This document shows, piece after piece, positions 1 through 9,635 of a stretch of 60,687 nucleotides of DNA. The notes below the pieces were generated by a model. It worked only from the letters and a program-made list of their open reading frames with translations, ran no database searches and was not told where the DNA came from. This DNA comes from an uncultured virus (IMG/VR IMGVR_UViG_3300044641_009778) (lineage: Duplodnaviria; Heunggongvirae; Uroviricota; Caudoviricetes), in IMG/VR virus record IMGVR_UViG_3300044641_009778; one strand, given 5' to 3'. Position numbers and translations under genes: made by a program. Numbering within the stretch: position 1 is the stretch's first letter; each line of letters starts with the position of its first letter.

Positions 1-728
1 CCTGGCTTGGCGGCAGCATAGATGGTACGGATAACTTCACGGTTGATTTCGAACAGGATTTCCTGGCTCAGGATGTTGCTCAGTTCGCCTTCGGCATCCA
101 GACCATGTACTGCCTTCAGGTCTTGTGCCAGTTCGACGGTGTACTCGGCCTTCAGTGCACGTGTCTTGGCAGTAACTGTGGTCTTCTCGATGGAGAATGC
201 CATCTGGTTGAACGCATAGGTATCGCCGAGTTGTTCAGCGTCGCCTGTGTCAATACCTACACCAGTGGTGTATGGACTAACAACTGGGTTAGTGCCAGCG
301 TGAGCTGTGAGGCTCGAACCAGCGAAGTCGGTGTCGGCTTCGTTGAACAGTGCTTCGGTGTTACCCTGGCTTGTATAGTTGCTCTTCATAGCGAAGATCA
401 AACCGGTTGGGCCTGTCATTGGCTGAACGCCGCAGACATCGTATGCCATCAAATTAGGCATTGCACGACGCACCAGGCTAATCAGGATAGGATCGTAACC
501 AGCCATGTTGGCGTTGGGCGAACCGTTGACTTGGCCGCTGAAACCGCCGCCAATGGCGTTGGCTGGAGTGGTTTCCCACAGAGCCTGACGCTCTTCCATC
601 AGAGCCTTTTCCTGGTTTTCCAGCAAAGTTGCTGTTACCGCACGACGGTACGGATCTTTAATTTCTGCAAGATCTGGGTGGTTGATGATACCTTCCCATT
701 TCTTTTGTGCTTGTTCGGATAGAAACAT
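1..728 (-). CDS. gp23: Major capsid protein (5' part; runs off the window edge)
   Basis: Not in the ORF track. Manual translation from ATG at 728 (RBS AAGGAG): MFLSEQAQKKWEGIINHPDL...LLENQEK...GYDPILISLVRRAMPNLMAYDVCGVQPMTGPTGLIFAM...FSIEKTTVTAKTRALKAEYTVELAQDLKAVHGLDAEGELSNIL, hallmark T4 gp23 motifs. Confidence 0.98.
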   Translation of the reverse strand, partial: MFLSEQAQKKWEGIINHPDLAEIKDPYRRAVTATLLENQEKALMEERQALWETTPANAIGGGFSGQVNGSPNANMAGYDPILISLVRRAMPNLMAYDVCGVQPMTGPTGLIFAMKSNYTSQGNTEALFNEADTDFAGSSLTAHAGTNPVVSPYTTGVGIDTGDAEQLGDTYAFNQMAFSIEKTTVTAKTRALKAEYTVELAQDLKAVHGLDAEGELSNILSQEILFEINREVIRTIYAAAKP

Positions 729-755
729 TTGTTGCTCCTTAGGTTGAATTAATCT

Positions 756-2015
756 TTACTTTTTAACTGCACGGCTAATGGTCTGCATGTAACGCTCCAT
801 GATGGGCGATGTGTCTGCAGGCTTGTCGCCATTCTGCACTGATTCCTCTAGCATGCGCTCTGGGCTGGCCGGAGCATTGGCCGGGAAATAATTTTCCTTG
901 ACTACTTTAACTTTCTCTTCGAAAAGTTTTGCATTGTCAAATTCCACACCTTCCAGCAGTTTGGCCAATTTTTCAGCATCGGTTGCTGTTAGGTTGCGGC
1001 TGGCTTCGGTTACGATCTGTTCACGCTTGATGGCATCAAGTTCAGTCTTCAAAGCAATGTTTGCTTCGATGGCTTCATCGAGAGCAGCTACAGCTTCGTC
1101 AACTTTCCCTGACATGTCAGCCAAGACGTCCACGCGATCTTCTGGCACTTCAAAGTAGTGTTCTTGGAATAGGTTCTTTAGACCAAGCATAAAGTCTTCC
1201 GCTACTTCAGTGCGGAGACCATTGTCCACAGCAACCTCATTTTCCTGCATCCATTGTTCAACAACATAATTTAGATATGAATCAACCTTTTCAACAAGAC
1301 CTTCTTTGATAGTTTCAATTTCCGCAGCAGCTTGTTCGGCAAGCTCTTCGGTAATCTTTTCGATTTCATTGTTGACACGAGCAATTACAGCGGCTTCAAA
1401 AATTGCGCCGGCCTGTGTCTTGAATTCTTCGCTGAGTGTTTCATCGCCGGCAAATACGCTGGCAATGTCTTTGCGGAGGTCTTCCAGTGCCATGTCAATG
1501 CGACGTGGCTCCACGACTTCCTCAATGTCTTCTTCGGTAATAACTTCGCCGTCCAGCTGGTCTTCCTCTTTGAAAGGAATTTCGCCTTCGCCGCTGGCAC
1601 CAGGCTGTTCAAATGTACCCGGAGTCACACCCTTGCCGGTGGCTACCTTGACTGCGGCCTTGCGGCTATTGCCCTGCATTGGCTGAGTGGTGTCACCGCC
1701 GCCCTTTTTCAGGCTAGTGTCCGGAGTATTGCTGTGCATGTTCTGAGCTTCGGTGCTCTGAACATCGGCTTTTTTGCTGCTGCCCTGCATTGGCTGAGTG
1801 GTGTCACCGCCGCCTTTTTTCAGCGAAGTATCTTCGCCAGTGGGGTTACCAGAATATGGATCGATTTCGGTCCAGCTGGCCTTTTGGCTGTCGCCCTGCA
1901 TGTGAGCATTCATGCTTTCGCCGTCGTTGGTTTTACCAGCGTCGGCTTCGTTCAAAGCCTGAGCCTTGACTTTTTTAGCTTCCATGAGCTCGCGAATTTT
2001 GCGTTCTACTGACAT
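756..2015 (-). CDS. gp22: Prohead core scaffolding protein
   Basis: Acidic coiled coil with LSEEFKTQAGAIFEAAV and VDSYLNYVVEQWMQENEVAV; lies between gp21 and gp23. Confidence 0.93.
   Translation of the reverse strand: MSVERKIRELMEAKKVKAQALNEADAGKTNDGESMNAHMQGDSQKASWTEIDPYSGNPTGEDTSLKKGGGDTTQPMQGSSKKADVQSTEAQNMHSNTPDTSLKKGGGDTTQPMQGNSRKAAVKVATGKGVTPGTFEQPGASGEGEIPFKEEDQLDGEVITEEDIEEVVEPRRIDMALEDLRKDIASVFAGDETLSEEFKTQAGAIFEAAVIARVNNEIEKITEELAEQAAAEIETIKEGLVEKVDSYLNYVVEQWMQENEVAVDNGLRTEVAEDFMLGLKNLFQEHYFEVPEDRVDVLADMSGKVDEAVAALDEAIEANIALKTELDAIKREQIVTEASRNLTATDAEKLAKLLEGVEFDNAKLFEEKVKVVKENYFPANAPASPERMLEESVQNGDKPADTSPIMERYMQTISRAVKK
1671..1823. repeat. Near-identical direct repeat (~42 bp, 111-bp period) inside gp22
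   Basis: gccctgcattggctgagtggtgtcaccgccgcc(c/t)tttttcag at 1671-1712 and 1782-1823, encoding DTSLKKGGGDTTQPMQG twice. Confidence 0.9.
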
Positions 2016-2043
2016 TATGCCTCCTAAGAATAGGTTTTCGAAT

Positions 2044-2051
2044 TATTTATA
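2044..2051 (-). promoter_or_regulatory. T4-type late promoter TATAAATA upstream of gp22/gp23
   Basis: Exact consensus in the intergenic gap, 28 nt before the gp22 ATG. Confidence 0.85.
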
Positions 2052-2058
2052 AAAATCT

Positions 2059-2718
2059 TTAGTTTGATATCTTACGAAGAAAATCCTGGAAAACTTTGAT
2101 CTGCTGCTCCTGCAGGTTGCCTGAGCGGGTGCGTTTAATGGTGTCACGAGCCTCTTCGTAGTCACGCGACATCCAACGACCTTCAACCATCATCCATTCC
2201 TTGCCTTCCATGATGCCGCGCACAAAAGCATCAGGGGCGCTTGGATCAGCGACAATATCAGCCGCAGTTGCCAGATAAAAATCATCCTGAACTTCGTTTA
2301 CTCCGTCCTTTGTTTCCTTCAATGAACCCATTCCACGAGAGCTAACACCGAGCTGCGCACCTTCGTCAATCAAATTTTTGACAATGCGACCCATGGGTGT
2401 TTCGGTCATTACCTTGGCGCGACCGATGTAGTTATTGCCATCTTCTTTGAGACTGTTGATCATGATGGCCACACGATCAAGATTGATGCCCGGGCCGTCG
2501 GGATGTCCAAGTTCACCAAAGGCTCGTTTGGTTTCTACAAACTCTCTGATGTAGCGTTGTACTTCGCGCTCCATGATGTGTTTGCGATACACACGATTGT
2601 TTTTATTGGCTATCTCGGTCTGAAGAAACGGACCTTCGATGTAATAGGCTTTGCCGCCCTCTTCCTTTTTTTCGGTAAGATAGCGAACTTCCTGTACTTG
2701 TTCTGTGATGAGTTTCAT
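2059..2718 (-). CDS. gp21: Prohead protease
   Basis: MKLITE start; RAFGELGHP, GVSSRGMGSL and DIVADPSAPDAFV motifs. Confidence 0.97.
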   Translation of the reverse strand: MKLITEQVQEVRYLTEKKEEGGKAYYIEGPFLQTEIANKNNRVYRKHIMEREVQRYIREFVETKRAFGELGHPDGPGINLDRVAIMINSLKEDGNNYIGRAKVMTETPMGRIVKNLIDEGAQLGVSSRGMGSLKETKDGVNEVQDDFYLATAADIVADPSAPDAFVRGIMEGKEWMMVEGRWMSRDYEEARDTIKRTRSGNLQEQQIKVFQDFLRKISN

Positions 2719-2721
2719 GGA

Positions 2722-3117
2722 TTATACTCCAACGTTGGTGTTGGGTCCTTCGAAGCCGCCAACCTTGCGAAGATCTAAAATAAACATACCGGGCTGTTGG
2801 AAGGTAACAACAATGCTGCTGCCGTTGTTTACTGCTATGGCTGGTAGATTGTTGGTGCCGGGATATTCGCTGATGGCGCGCATGTCCAGCACAGCGGTGC
2901 CGTTGCGTGTCACAACAATGCCGCTGGTGGCGTCGGTGACGTTGCAGTATGCCACTGCGATGTTTGCTGCTAAATTAGATGTAGTTGACAGCGCAATTTC
3001 ATCGCTGCGTCGCAAACTTAGCATTGTAATAGTGCTGGTGTCGCCGGCCGCGGTAGCAATGATTTGTATTACTGCACGCTGGCGATCGTTTTTAATTACA
3101 TTGGTAGTTACGGCCAT
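2722..3117 (-). CDS. Hypothetical virion/head-associated protein
   Basis: 131-aa beta-rich ORF with RBS GGAG, tightly packed between gp67 and gp21. Confidence 0.7.
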   Translation of the reverse strand: MAVTTNVIKNDRQRAVIQIIATAAGDTSTITMLSLRRSDEIALSTTSNLAANIAVAYCNVTDATSGIVVTRNGTAVLDMRAISEYPGTNNLPAIAVNNGSSIVVTFQQPGMFILDLRKVGGFEGPNTNVGV

Positions 3118-3120
3118 GTG

Positions 3121-3300
3121 TTAATTCTCCGTATCGTCGGAATTGTTTGATCCAAAATTCATGGCGATCTGTTGTTTACGATCATCCAATGCGGCGTTAA
3201 TTTTTGCACTCATTAGATCGTTGAAATTTTGCTGTGCTTCTGCAGGGCGATCGTCTTCGATGTTCTGCAGCATGGTATTAATTAATTCTTCGTGAGTCAT
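3121..3300 (-). CDS. gp67: Prohead core protein, gp67-like (59 aa)
   Basis: Not in the ORF track. Manual translation MTHEELINTMLQNIEDDRPAEAQQNFNDLMSAKINAALDDRKQQIAMNFGSNNSDDTEN; RBS GAGGAG; directly downstream of the portal gene as in T4. Confidence 0.8.
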   Translation of the reverse strand: MTHEELINTMLQNIEDDRPAEAQQNFNDLMSAKINAALDDRKQQIAMNFGSNNSDDTEN

Positions 3301-3301
3301 G

Positions 3302-4924
3302 TCAAGCTCCTCGTAATAATCTTACATTATTTATGGTGTCTTCTACAACCGGATTATTAGGATCGTACGGTGCCGGAGTCTGCGTTGTAGTCTGAGTCAA
3401 GGGCTGATCCTGGCCAGGTTGCGTCTGCTGTGCAGCCAGCATTTCCTGTAGTTTAGGATCGCTGTCAATTTCTTGTTGCATTTGTTCTATTTCTTCTTCG
3501 TCAAGATGCAGAATGTTGTTGTAAACATATTCGCGGCTGAAGTACGTACCAACATGCGGCTGAATAGCATTCAACAAATCTAAACGATTACGAAGTATTT
3601 CTGCATTCTTAGCTTCAGCAAAGTATACATCTTGAGTAAACTCATAGTAGATGTCTTCTTTGATTTTGTTCCAATCCTCTTCGCTCATGATGTTCTTGAG
3701 CAGGAGCTGGGTCTTTAGAAGATCGTCGAACAGTTCAGTGAACTTTTTACGAATGCGGCTGATGAATTTACTGAACTTAATTTCGTCGCGAGTGATTTCG
3801 CTCTGGCGTCCAAAGTTCAAGCTGTTGTCGGGTCGCATGCGACTGGCCGGAACATTCATGGCCTGATATAGTTTGTTCTGAAAATACTCCACATCCTCGA
3901 TGTTGCCGAGATTTTGACCGCCCTGTAGCGTGGTGATTTCCGTGCCCTTGCCGCCTTCGCGACGCGGCATCCAGAAGTCTTCCAGCATATTCAATGTGCG
4001 TTTTTCGTCGCGCATTTCACCGGTAGTTGCGTCATAGGTTGTTTTGTTGCGATAACGATCCATGATGTTCTTAACATACTGCTCGGCCTTGCCCGTAGGC
4101 AGATTGCCGACATCGATGTAGAAGATGCGACGCTCCGGAGCGCGGCTCATACGGTAAATAACCAGAGCGTCTTCGGTCATGCGCAGCTGGTTTACAATCT
4201 TGATGGCTTTGTGCAGGTGACTCAGCACCATGTTGCGGTCCAGGTCCAGAAGGCCGCTGGTGCAGTAGGTGATGCTGTCCGGCGCAATTTTGATGCCCTG
4301 AGCTGCTGTGGCTGTGCTAGGCACCGTAGCCATCAGACCTTTTTCATTGTAGACAAAAAATTCTTCGATGCTCTCGATGAACTCTACACCGGTGTTTTGA
4401 TCTTTTTTCTTGTTAATCTTGCGAACTTTTTTGATCTTGCGAGGATCGATGTAGCGAAGTTCTTGTATGCCTTTTTTGGGCTGACCAACATCTACAATTT
4501 TATGATAGTAGGTGCGTCCGTCGATGTACCAGCGTTTGAAGATGTCGTGGCTCTTGCTGTTGAAGTCCAGCAGTTTTAGCACACCGTCGAATTCTTCTTC
4601 GATCTGTTTTTTGATGTTCTTGCTGAGTTCAACTTTTTCCAGGTCCAGTTTGACAATGACTTCATCGTCGGCTGCGGCCACGGCTTCGTTGACAATGTCT
4701 TCGACAGCACTGTCGCAGTCTGGATAGCTGGCTACGTCACGATAACGACTGATGAGATCGTTTTCACTTTTAGCTACAGTATCAATATCTAAGTAGGTGC
4801 CGAAGAAGCCACTAGCATTAATACTAGTGGCTCCGTCGTCGTTAAGCGGAGGAATGAAGCTCTGTTTCTTTTCTTCGGGCTTCTTCTTCGTCAGGGTATA
4901 GCCAAATAATGTAAGATCTGCCAT
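3302..4924 (-). CDS. gp20: Portal vertex protein
   Basis: NQLRMTEDALVIYRMSRAPERRIFYIDVGNLP and LEDFWMPRREGGKGTEITTL motifs. Confidence 0.98.
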   Translation of the reverse strand: MADLTLFGYTLTKKKPEEKKQSFIPPLNDDGATSINASGFFGTYLDIDTVAKSENDLISRYRDVASYPDCDSAVEDIVNEAVAAADDEVIVKLDLEKVELSKNIKKQIEEEFDGVLKLLDFNSKSHDIFKRWYIDGRTYYHKIVDVGQPKKGIQELRYIDPRKIKKVRKINKKKDQNTGVEFIESIEEFFVYNEKGLMATVPSTATAAQGIKIAPDSITYCTSGLLDLDRNMVLSHLHKAIKIVNQLRMTEDALVIYRMSRAPERRIFYIDVGNLPTGKAEQYVKNIMDRYRNKTTYDATTGEMRDEKRTLNMLEDFWMPRREGGKGTEITTLQGGQNLGNIEDVEYFQNKLYQAMNVPASRMRPDNSLNFGRQSEITRDEIKFSKFISRIRKKFTELFDDLLKTQLLLKNIMSEEDWNKIKEDIYYEFTQDVYFAEAKNAEILRNRLDLLNAIQPHVGTYFSREYVYNNILHLDEEEIEQMQQEIDSDPKLQEMLAAQQTQPGQDQPLTQTTTQTPAPYDPNNPVVEDTINNVRLLRGA

Positions 4925-4927
4925 ACT

Positions 4928-5500
4928 TTAAAGTGTTGATATGGTTAATGGAACCGGTGAAGTTTCAAAATGCTGATACTGGAACGTCACTGTAAAGGTT
5001 TCAATGGTGTCGTTGTCACCAAAACTCAGAGCAATGTCACTAATGTCAACCGGAAACGCATTGATAATTTTGTAACTCTTGAGTGGCTGGCTATTACGAT
5101 CCAGTTGAGTAACACTAAGATCGGTCTGATAATTTCGGGGATTCTGCGCTCCTCTACCATCAAGAACAGAATTCATTGATTCCATCCATATCTCCATACG
5201 ATTACGTATGGTGAATTGAGAATCATTTAGCACGGTGATGGTCCAGGGTTGGAATACGCGTTCGCCGGCGAGTTTTACTTCCCTACCTCGATATTGGACA
5301 ATAGTAGGGTTGATTATGCTACCTGGCAATGCAGCTGCTGTTACTAAAAAATCTGAGCTCAACCCGTTTAAAGTTTGAAAAGCATCCGGAAAACTTTCTC
5401 CAGGATAATTTAATCGCACAAAGAACTGGTTGGCGCGAGCACCACCACCATTCAGTGCGCTTTTAAAAGCATCTATGTTAAAAAATGATGATTCCGCCAT
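4928..5500 (-). CDS. gp19: Tail tube protein
   Basis: GGARANQF, YRGREVKLAGERVFQPWTITVLND and IETFTVTFQY motifs; follows the sheath gene. Confidence 0.95.
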   Translation of the reverse strand: MAESSFFNIDAFKSALNGGGARANQFFVRLNYPGESFPDAFQTLNGLSSDFLVTAAALPGSIINPTIVQYRGREVKLAGERVFQPWTITVLNDSQFTIRNRMEIWMESMNSVLDGRGAQNPRNYQTDLSVTQLDRNSQPLKSYKIINAFPVDISDIALSFGDNDTIETFTVTFQYQHFETSPVPLTISTL

Positions 5501-5535
5501 TTATTTCTCCTGTTTAAAATTGTGACGACCTTTTA

Positions 5536-7461
5536 TTAAGCTCCGACTTCCTCGAAACTAATGCCCGAACGAGTCGCTACAAAATTCAAGGTAATAAAGT
5601 TAATTGAGCGTGACGGCTTGATAAAGATATCAGCCACAAATTCGTTACGGTCAATTACCTCCGCAGTATTGTTGGTATCATCGCAGACTACACGGAAATC
5701 GATGATGCCGCGACGACCCTGAACGTCACGCAGGAATGGTTCCACCAGCGCAAGAAACTGACTGCGAGTAAATGCATCATTAAACTCAAACAACTGGAAC
5801 TTGGCTGCAGTGGCAATGGTTTTTTCTAGCACAATGAACAAACGTCGTACATTGATGCGATCAAATGCGCTGGGTTTGGAGCTCAAAGTTTTATCACCGA
5901 ACAACAAGGTACCGAGACCAGGCTGCGTAATTACCGGATTGATTTGATTGCGATACAAAACATCGCGTTCGGTTTTACTTGGCGTCCAGTTCAGTTTAAC
6001 TACATTCTTGATTTGACCGCGTGAATAACCACCGGGACTGAACCAGGCTTCGGCAACCGAATCGGTGCGAGCGCAAAGTCCCGCAATGTCGCCAGCCAGG
6101 GGCATCCAACGATACAAATCGTTGTAGCGATCATATTGATATTTCCAACCGCTGTCATATACTGCATAGGTTGAATCTTTATTAAAAAACGTATTGCGAT
6201 CGTTGACTACTGCGGTAGCATTAACTAAATTCTGTGAAGTTGGTCCAGTGAATAATATGCAGTCACGACGTACATCCACAACATTGTCCAGCACAAATCG
6301 CGCTGTAGCATTGTCGGCATTGACACCAACCACAGGCAGCAAACTAATTTCATAGAGTTCTGCATTGGCTAATTTAATATATTCTGTTTGCAGTAGACCA
6401 TCGGTTGGTGTAACGTCGACGCCGCCGCTGAGGCTACGACTCTGTACACTGGCCATGGTGGTGAAACCGGTGCTAGCCGCAGGCATGGGACTACCCCAGG
6501 CTACTGCCGCAGTGCCAAGTATTGCTCCGCCGACATGACTGCCAAAACGAATCCAATCACTGTTATCGTTGATGCGGTTGCGATAATAATTGCCGCTGCC
6601 GTCGCTGGATACCGCGTCGCTGGCCTTGCTCAGACCAACAAATTTTTCCAGCACTGAACCGGCCGTTCCGGTGATGAGACCATCTTCATCAACAACCACA
6701 ACATGCAGTTCGTCGTAGATGGTGGTGCTGGAGCTTGCGCTGTTCTTTGTCAAAGCATAGCGACTGTTACTTGGGCGGCTTTCTACCTGATCCCAGAACT
6801 CCCAGAGTATAGTAGCATTGACTACACCGGTAACCGAAGTGCTAGCTCCAGTAAGATTGGTGAACACCAACGCAGTATCTCCGCTGCTGGCATCCGCAGT
6901 TGTCTGCCAACGATAGGTGACGCCGTTGACTATAAATTCTACCCAGCTACCCTTAGGCACTGGGCGACTCAATGCTGCCACAGTAGCTCCAGTGGTCAAC
7001 ACCGAACTAACCTGCGCATTGAAACTGTAGCTATTATAGTCGCAGACGCTGACCTTCAGGCTGTTGCCCAAGGTACCAGGGAAACGAGCAATGTATTCTG
7101 TGCTAGTCAGTGTAGGTGCAGTATAGCCTAGCGCACCATCGTAGTTATCGTCGTTGCGAACCAAGGGTGCGGTGCCGCCGGCACTGGCGTTGCGAGCTGC
7201 GCTGTCAGCAATGCGATTTACACTTAAATTGTTGCCGTAGCTCAGGAAGTTTGCAGCAGTGAACCAGAATTTAAAATTGTTGTCGTTCGGACGGCTATAG
7301 ATGTTGAATAAACTTTGTTCACCGTCGATCAACGTATACTCTTCGCACGGACCCCAGGCGAAGTTTCCGACAAAGGCGCCTGCGGTATTTGCAATCTGCG
7401 GTACGAACAAGCTAACGTCACGCTCTTGAACTAGAACGTTTGGCGAAACTTGGAAAGGCAT
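5536..7461 (-). CDS. gp18: Tail sheath protein
   Basis: FQVSPNVLVQERD, WFSPGGYSRG, FGDKT...SAFDRINVRRLF and FIKPSRSINFITLNFVA motifs. Confidence 0.98.
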   Translation of the reverse strand: MPFQVSPNVLVQERDVSLFVPQIANTAGAFVGNFAWGPCEEYTLIDGEQSLFNIYSRPNDNNFKFWFTAANFLSYGNNLSVNRIADSAARNASAGGTAPLVRNDDNYDGALGYTAPTLTSTEYIARFPGTLGNSLKVSVCDYNSYSFNAQVSSVLTTGATVAALSRPVPKGSWVEFIVNGVTYRWQTTADASSGDTALVFTNLTGASTSVTGVVNATILWEFWDQVESRPSNSRYALTKNSASSSTTIYDELHVVVVDEDGLITGTAGSVLEKFVGLSKASDAVSSDGSGNYYRNRINDNSDWIRFGSHVGGAILGTAAVAWGSPMPAASTGFTTMASVQSRSLSGGVDVTPTDGLLQTEYIKLANAELYEISLLPVVGVNADNATARFVLDNVVDVRRDCILFTGPTSQNLVNATAVVNDRNTFFNKDSTYAVYDSGWKYQYDRYNDLYRWMPLAGDIAGLCARTDSVAEAWFSPGGYSRGQIKNVVKLNWTPSKTERDVLYRNQINPVITQPGLGTLLFGDKTLSSKPSAFDRINVRRLFIVLEKTIATAAKFQLFEFNDAFTRSQFLALVEPFLRDVQGRRGIIDFRVVCDDTNNTAEVIDRNEFVADIFIKPSRSINFITLNFVATRSGISFEEVGA

Positions 7462-7521
7462 GGTAATCTCCTTATTTTAGAACCATCAAAGGTAAAGCCA
7501 GGTATTATTTTGATATCCGTT

Positions 7522-7529
7522 TATTTATA
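7522..7529 (-). promoter_or_regulatory. T4-type late promoter TATAAATA upstream of gp18
   Basis: Exact consensus in the gp17-gp18 intergenic region. Confidence 0.85.
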
Positions 7530-7540
7530 AAAAGCCTGGT

Positions 7541-9247
7541 TTAGAGCCAATTTTCGGCTCGTTTTTCGACGGTCCATAGATCTCCGGCTTCGTAGATGTA
7601 TTTAGGCTCTGTCGATCCCGAGCCGTCGTCTATGAAACCAAACGGGGTTAATTCTGATTCGATTTGACGAATTTGATTCTCAAACAAACTTGTGCGAATA
7701 TTCATGTCCGTAAGCTCACGGAAGTAACTGTTGGTGGTCATCCAGGCAAACAGCACCAAGGTCATCACTAGATCGTCGTGATAGCCTTCGTCCGCACTGT
7801 AGGTTCCCTTGTTGTCTTCCACAAAGGTCGAAAACTCGGAAATAATGTCCTTGTCCATGGCTTCCAGTCTGCCGCTTTCGATCAGAGTTTTCAGCATGCT
7901 GCAACCGATGCGTTTGACCTTTTTGTCGGTGCGCACACCGTTCTGTGTCTGACCGTGGCGACCAAATCCGCCACCCACCATCTGCCCGATCTGGGTATCA
8001 CGATTCACGAACAGGAGATTTTCATACTCCATTTCATTATAAAGAATGTCGGCAACCTGTTGTCCGTTGTCGTTAATCTCTACCAACACGAAGGCATTGT
8101 TGTAGTTCTTGGCTACGGTGTGAATAAAACTCGGATACAGCACCGGAGCTACACGGTTATTGCGATACTTGGCTACTACACGATAAGGCGTAGAGGTGAT
8201 GTCAATTACAGTGAATGCGTGATAATCGCCGCCTACGCCGCGACTGGTGTCGGCGCATATTACATAGGTATTGTCGGGTCGTACTATGTTGCCCGCAGCA
8301 TCCTTTTCACCTCGTATGGGCTCTTCGATGACATCAAAATCGTTTTTACTGTAAACATAGCTGCGCGGACTCATGTTGCCCAGTGTCTTGGCATCGATCA
8401 AAGTATAACTGGATCCCAGGAAGTGACACAAAACCTCCTGTGTAAATTTAACATCGCCCAATACGCCGCGCTGTTCGTCGGCCCATTTTTCGTCGCGACC
8501 CGGTATGGCAGTATAGGGAATATACAGCCGCACAAAATCGTTGATGCCCTGTTCGCTGTCGTTCCAGAACTTCCAGAAGTGATTGTAGCCCAAGGGCGTC
8601 GAACTCATCAACACCTTGGTGGTTTCACCGGCCATGATGGTTGGATAGGTACTGGTGAAGAACTCTTCGGCTATGTTGTTGGGTATGATGGCGGCTTCGT
8701 CGATGTACAACCAGTTTACGGACTTGCCTCGAATGCCGCTGGCTGCAGTGGCTGCGGTAAATACCTTGCTGCCGTTCTCCAGTTCAATGCTGCCCTTGTT
8801 CCATTCTTTGACGCCTTGCTGCAACCACAAGGGAAGATTCTCATACATGCCCTGATAACGACTCAGCACTTCGCGCGCTGCCGCGGCCTTGTTGGCCAAG
8901 ATGGCCACAGTCTTGTTGTCCTGGAATAGGGTGTACCAGAGAATGCAGGCCGCCGATGTAATGGTTTTACCCTGCTGTCGTCCCTCCATGAGAATAACCT
9001 TGCGATTATTCAGTATGGTATGAACCTTTTCTTTTTGACATTCATAGAGAGTGAAGGGCACCAGACCTCGATCCAGGCTCACAATCTTGCAGTAGGTTTC
9101 TATGAAGTAGATGGGATCATCGGTGCAGCGCAGTATTTCCTCGATCTGCCAGGCTTCATAGTCAATGGCAAAGCCAAGTTGTTTTAGGCGATTATTGCCG
9201 TTGTAACTAGGCCGTCTTTGAGGAAGGATTCTCAATGATGTGTTCAT
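7541..9247 (-). CDS. gp17: Terminase large subunit
   Basis: Walker A-like GRQQGKT, Walker B YIDEAA, SSTPLG, nuclease motifs ADTSRG and HDDLVM. Confidence 0.98.
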   Translation of the reverse strand: MNTSLRILPQRRPSYNGNNRLKQLGFAIDYEAWQIEEILRCTDDPIYFIETYCKIVSLDRGLVPFTLYECQKEKVHTILNNRKVILMEGRQQGKTITSAACILWYTLFQDNKTVAILANKAAAAREVLSRYQGMYENLPLWLQQGVKEWNKGSIELENGSKVFTAATAASGIRGKSVNWLYIDEAAIIPNNIAEEFFTSTYPTIMAGETTKVLMSSTPLGYNHFWKFWNDSEQGINDFVRLYIPYTAIPGRDEKWADEQRGVLGDVKFTQEVLCHFLGSSYTLIDAKTLGNMSPRSYVYSKNDFDVIEEPIRGEKDAAGNIVRPDNTYVICADTSRGVGGDYHAFTVIDITSTPYRVVAKYRNNRVAPVLYPSFIHTVAKNYNNAFVLVEINDNGQQVADILYNEMEYENLLFVNRDTQIGQMVGGGFGRHGQTQNGVRTDKKVKRIGCSMLKTLIESGRLEAMDKDIISEFSTFVEDNKGTYSADEGYHDDLVMTLVLFAWMTTNSYFRELTDMNIRTSLFENQIRQIESELTPFGFIDDGSGSTEPKYIYEAGDLWTVEKRAENWL

Positions 9248-9635
9248 TTCGCTGCCGCAGCATTTTTATTAGTTCAGTGGTGTTGCCAGAAAATACGATG
9301 TTGTTTTGTGTGCCAATCTGCTGTGGTTTGGCTTCTTCGGGCGCAACAAGATCACGTTTGGCTTTCTGTAGCGCCAGCAGGTCCTTGGCAGTCTCAGCCA
9401 CAGTCTTAATCAACTGCCCAGTAACTTCGAAGGCCCGCGGATGATCGCTTTGCCGAGCCACAGTCATCATATCGTCTAGAGCAGATTCACCTTTGTCAAT
9501 AAGTCGTTTCAAAGTTTGACGGGCCTGATCAAAATCGTCCTCCACCATGGGTGCGGTCAAAGGGCGTTCCGGCACCGGTGTAACGTCGGTGCCGAAGGCC
9601 TGATCCAGGGCAGCAAATGTATGCTTATCTTGCAA
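9207..9635 (-). CDS. gp16: Terminase small subunit
   Basis: DDFDQARQTL and HPRAFEVTGQLIKTVAE motifs. Start placed at TTG 9635 (GAGGG upstream) rather than the track's 9722; start uncertain. Confidence 0.9.
   Translation of the reverse strand: MQDKHTFAALDQAFGTDVTPVPERPLTAPMVEDDFDQARQTLKRLIDKGESALDDMMTVARQSDHPRAFEVTGQLIKTVAETAKDLLALQKAKRDLVAPEEAKPQQIGTQNNIVFSGNTTELIKMLRQRNEHIIENPSSKTA

Noticed and set aside
22..722. Plus-strand ORFs 22-219 and 105-722
   Set aside because: Antisense to the gp23 reading frame, which the track missed because it runs off the window.
7778..8929. 383-aa plus-strand ORF
   Set aside because: Entirely antisense to terminase gp17, with no recognisable motifs.
3302..9247. 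Introns or inteins in portal, sheath or terminase; alternative genetic code
   Set aside because: The ORFs are uninterrupted, of typical length under the standard code, and show no splicing motifs.
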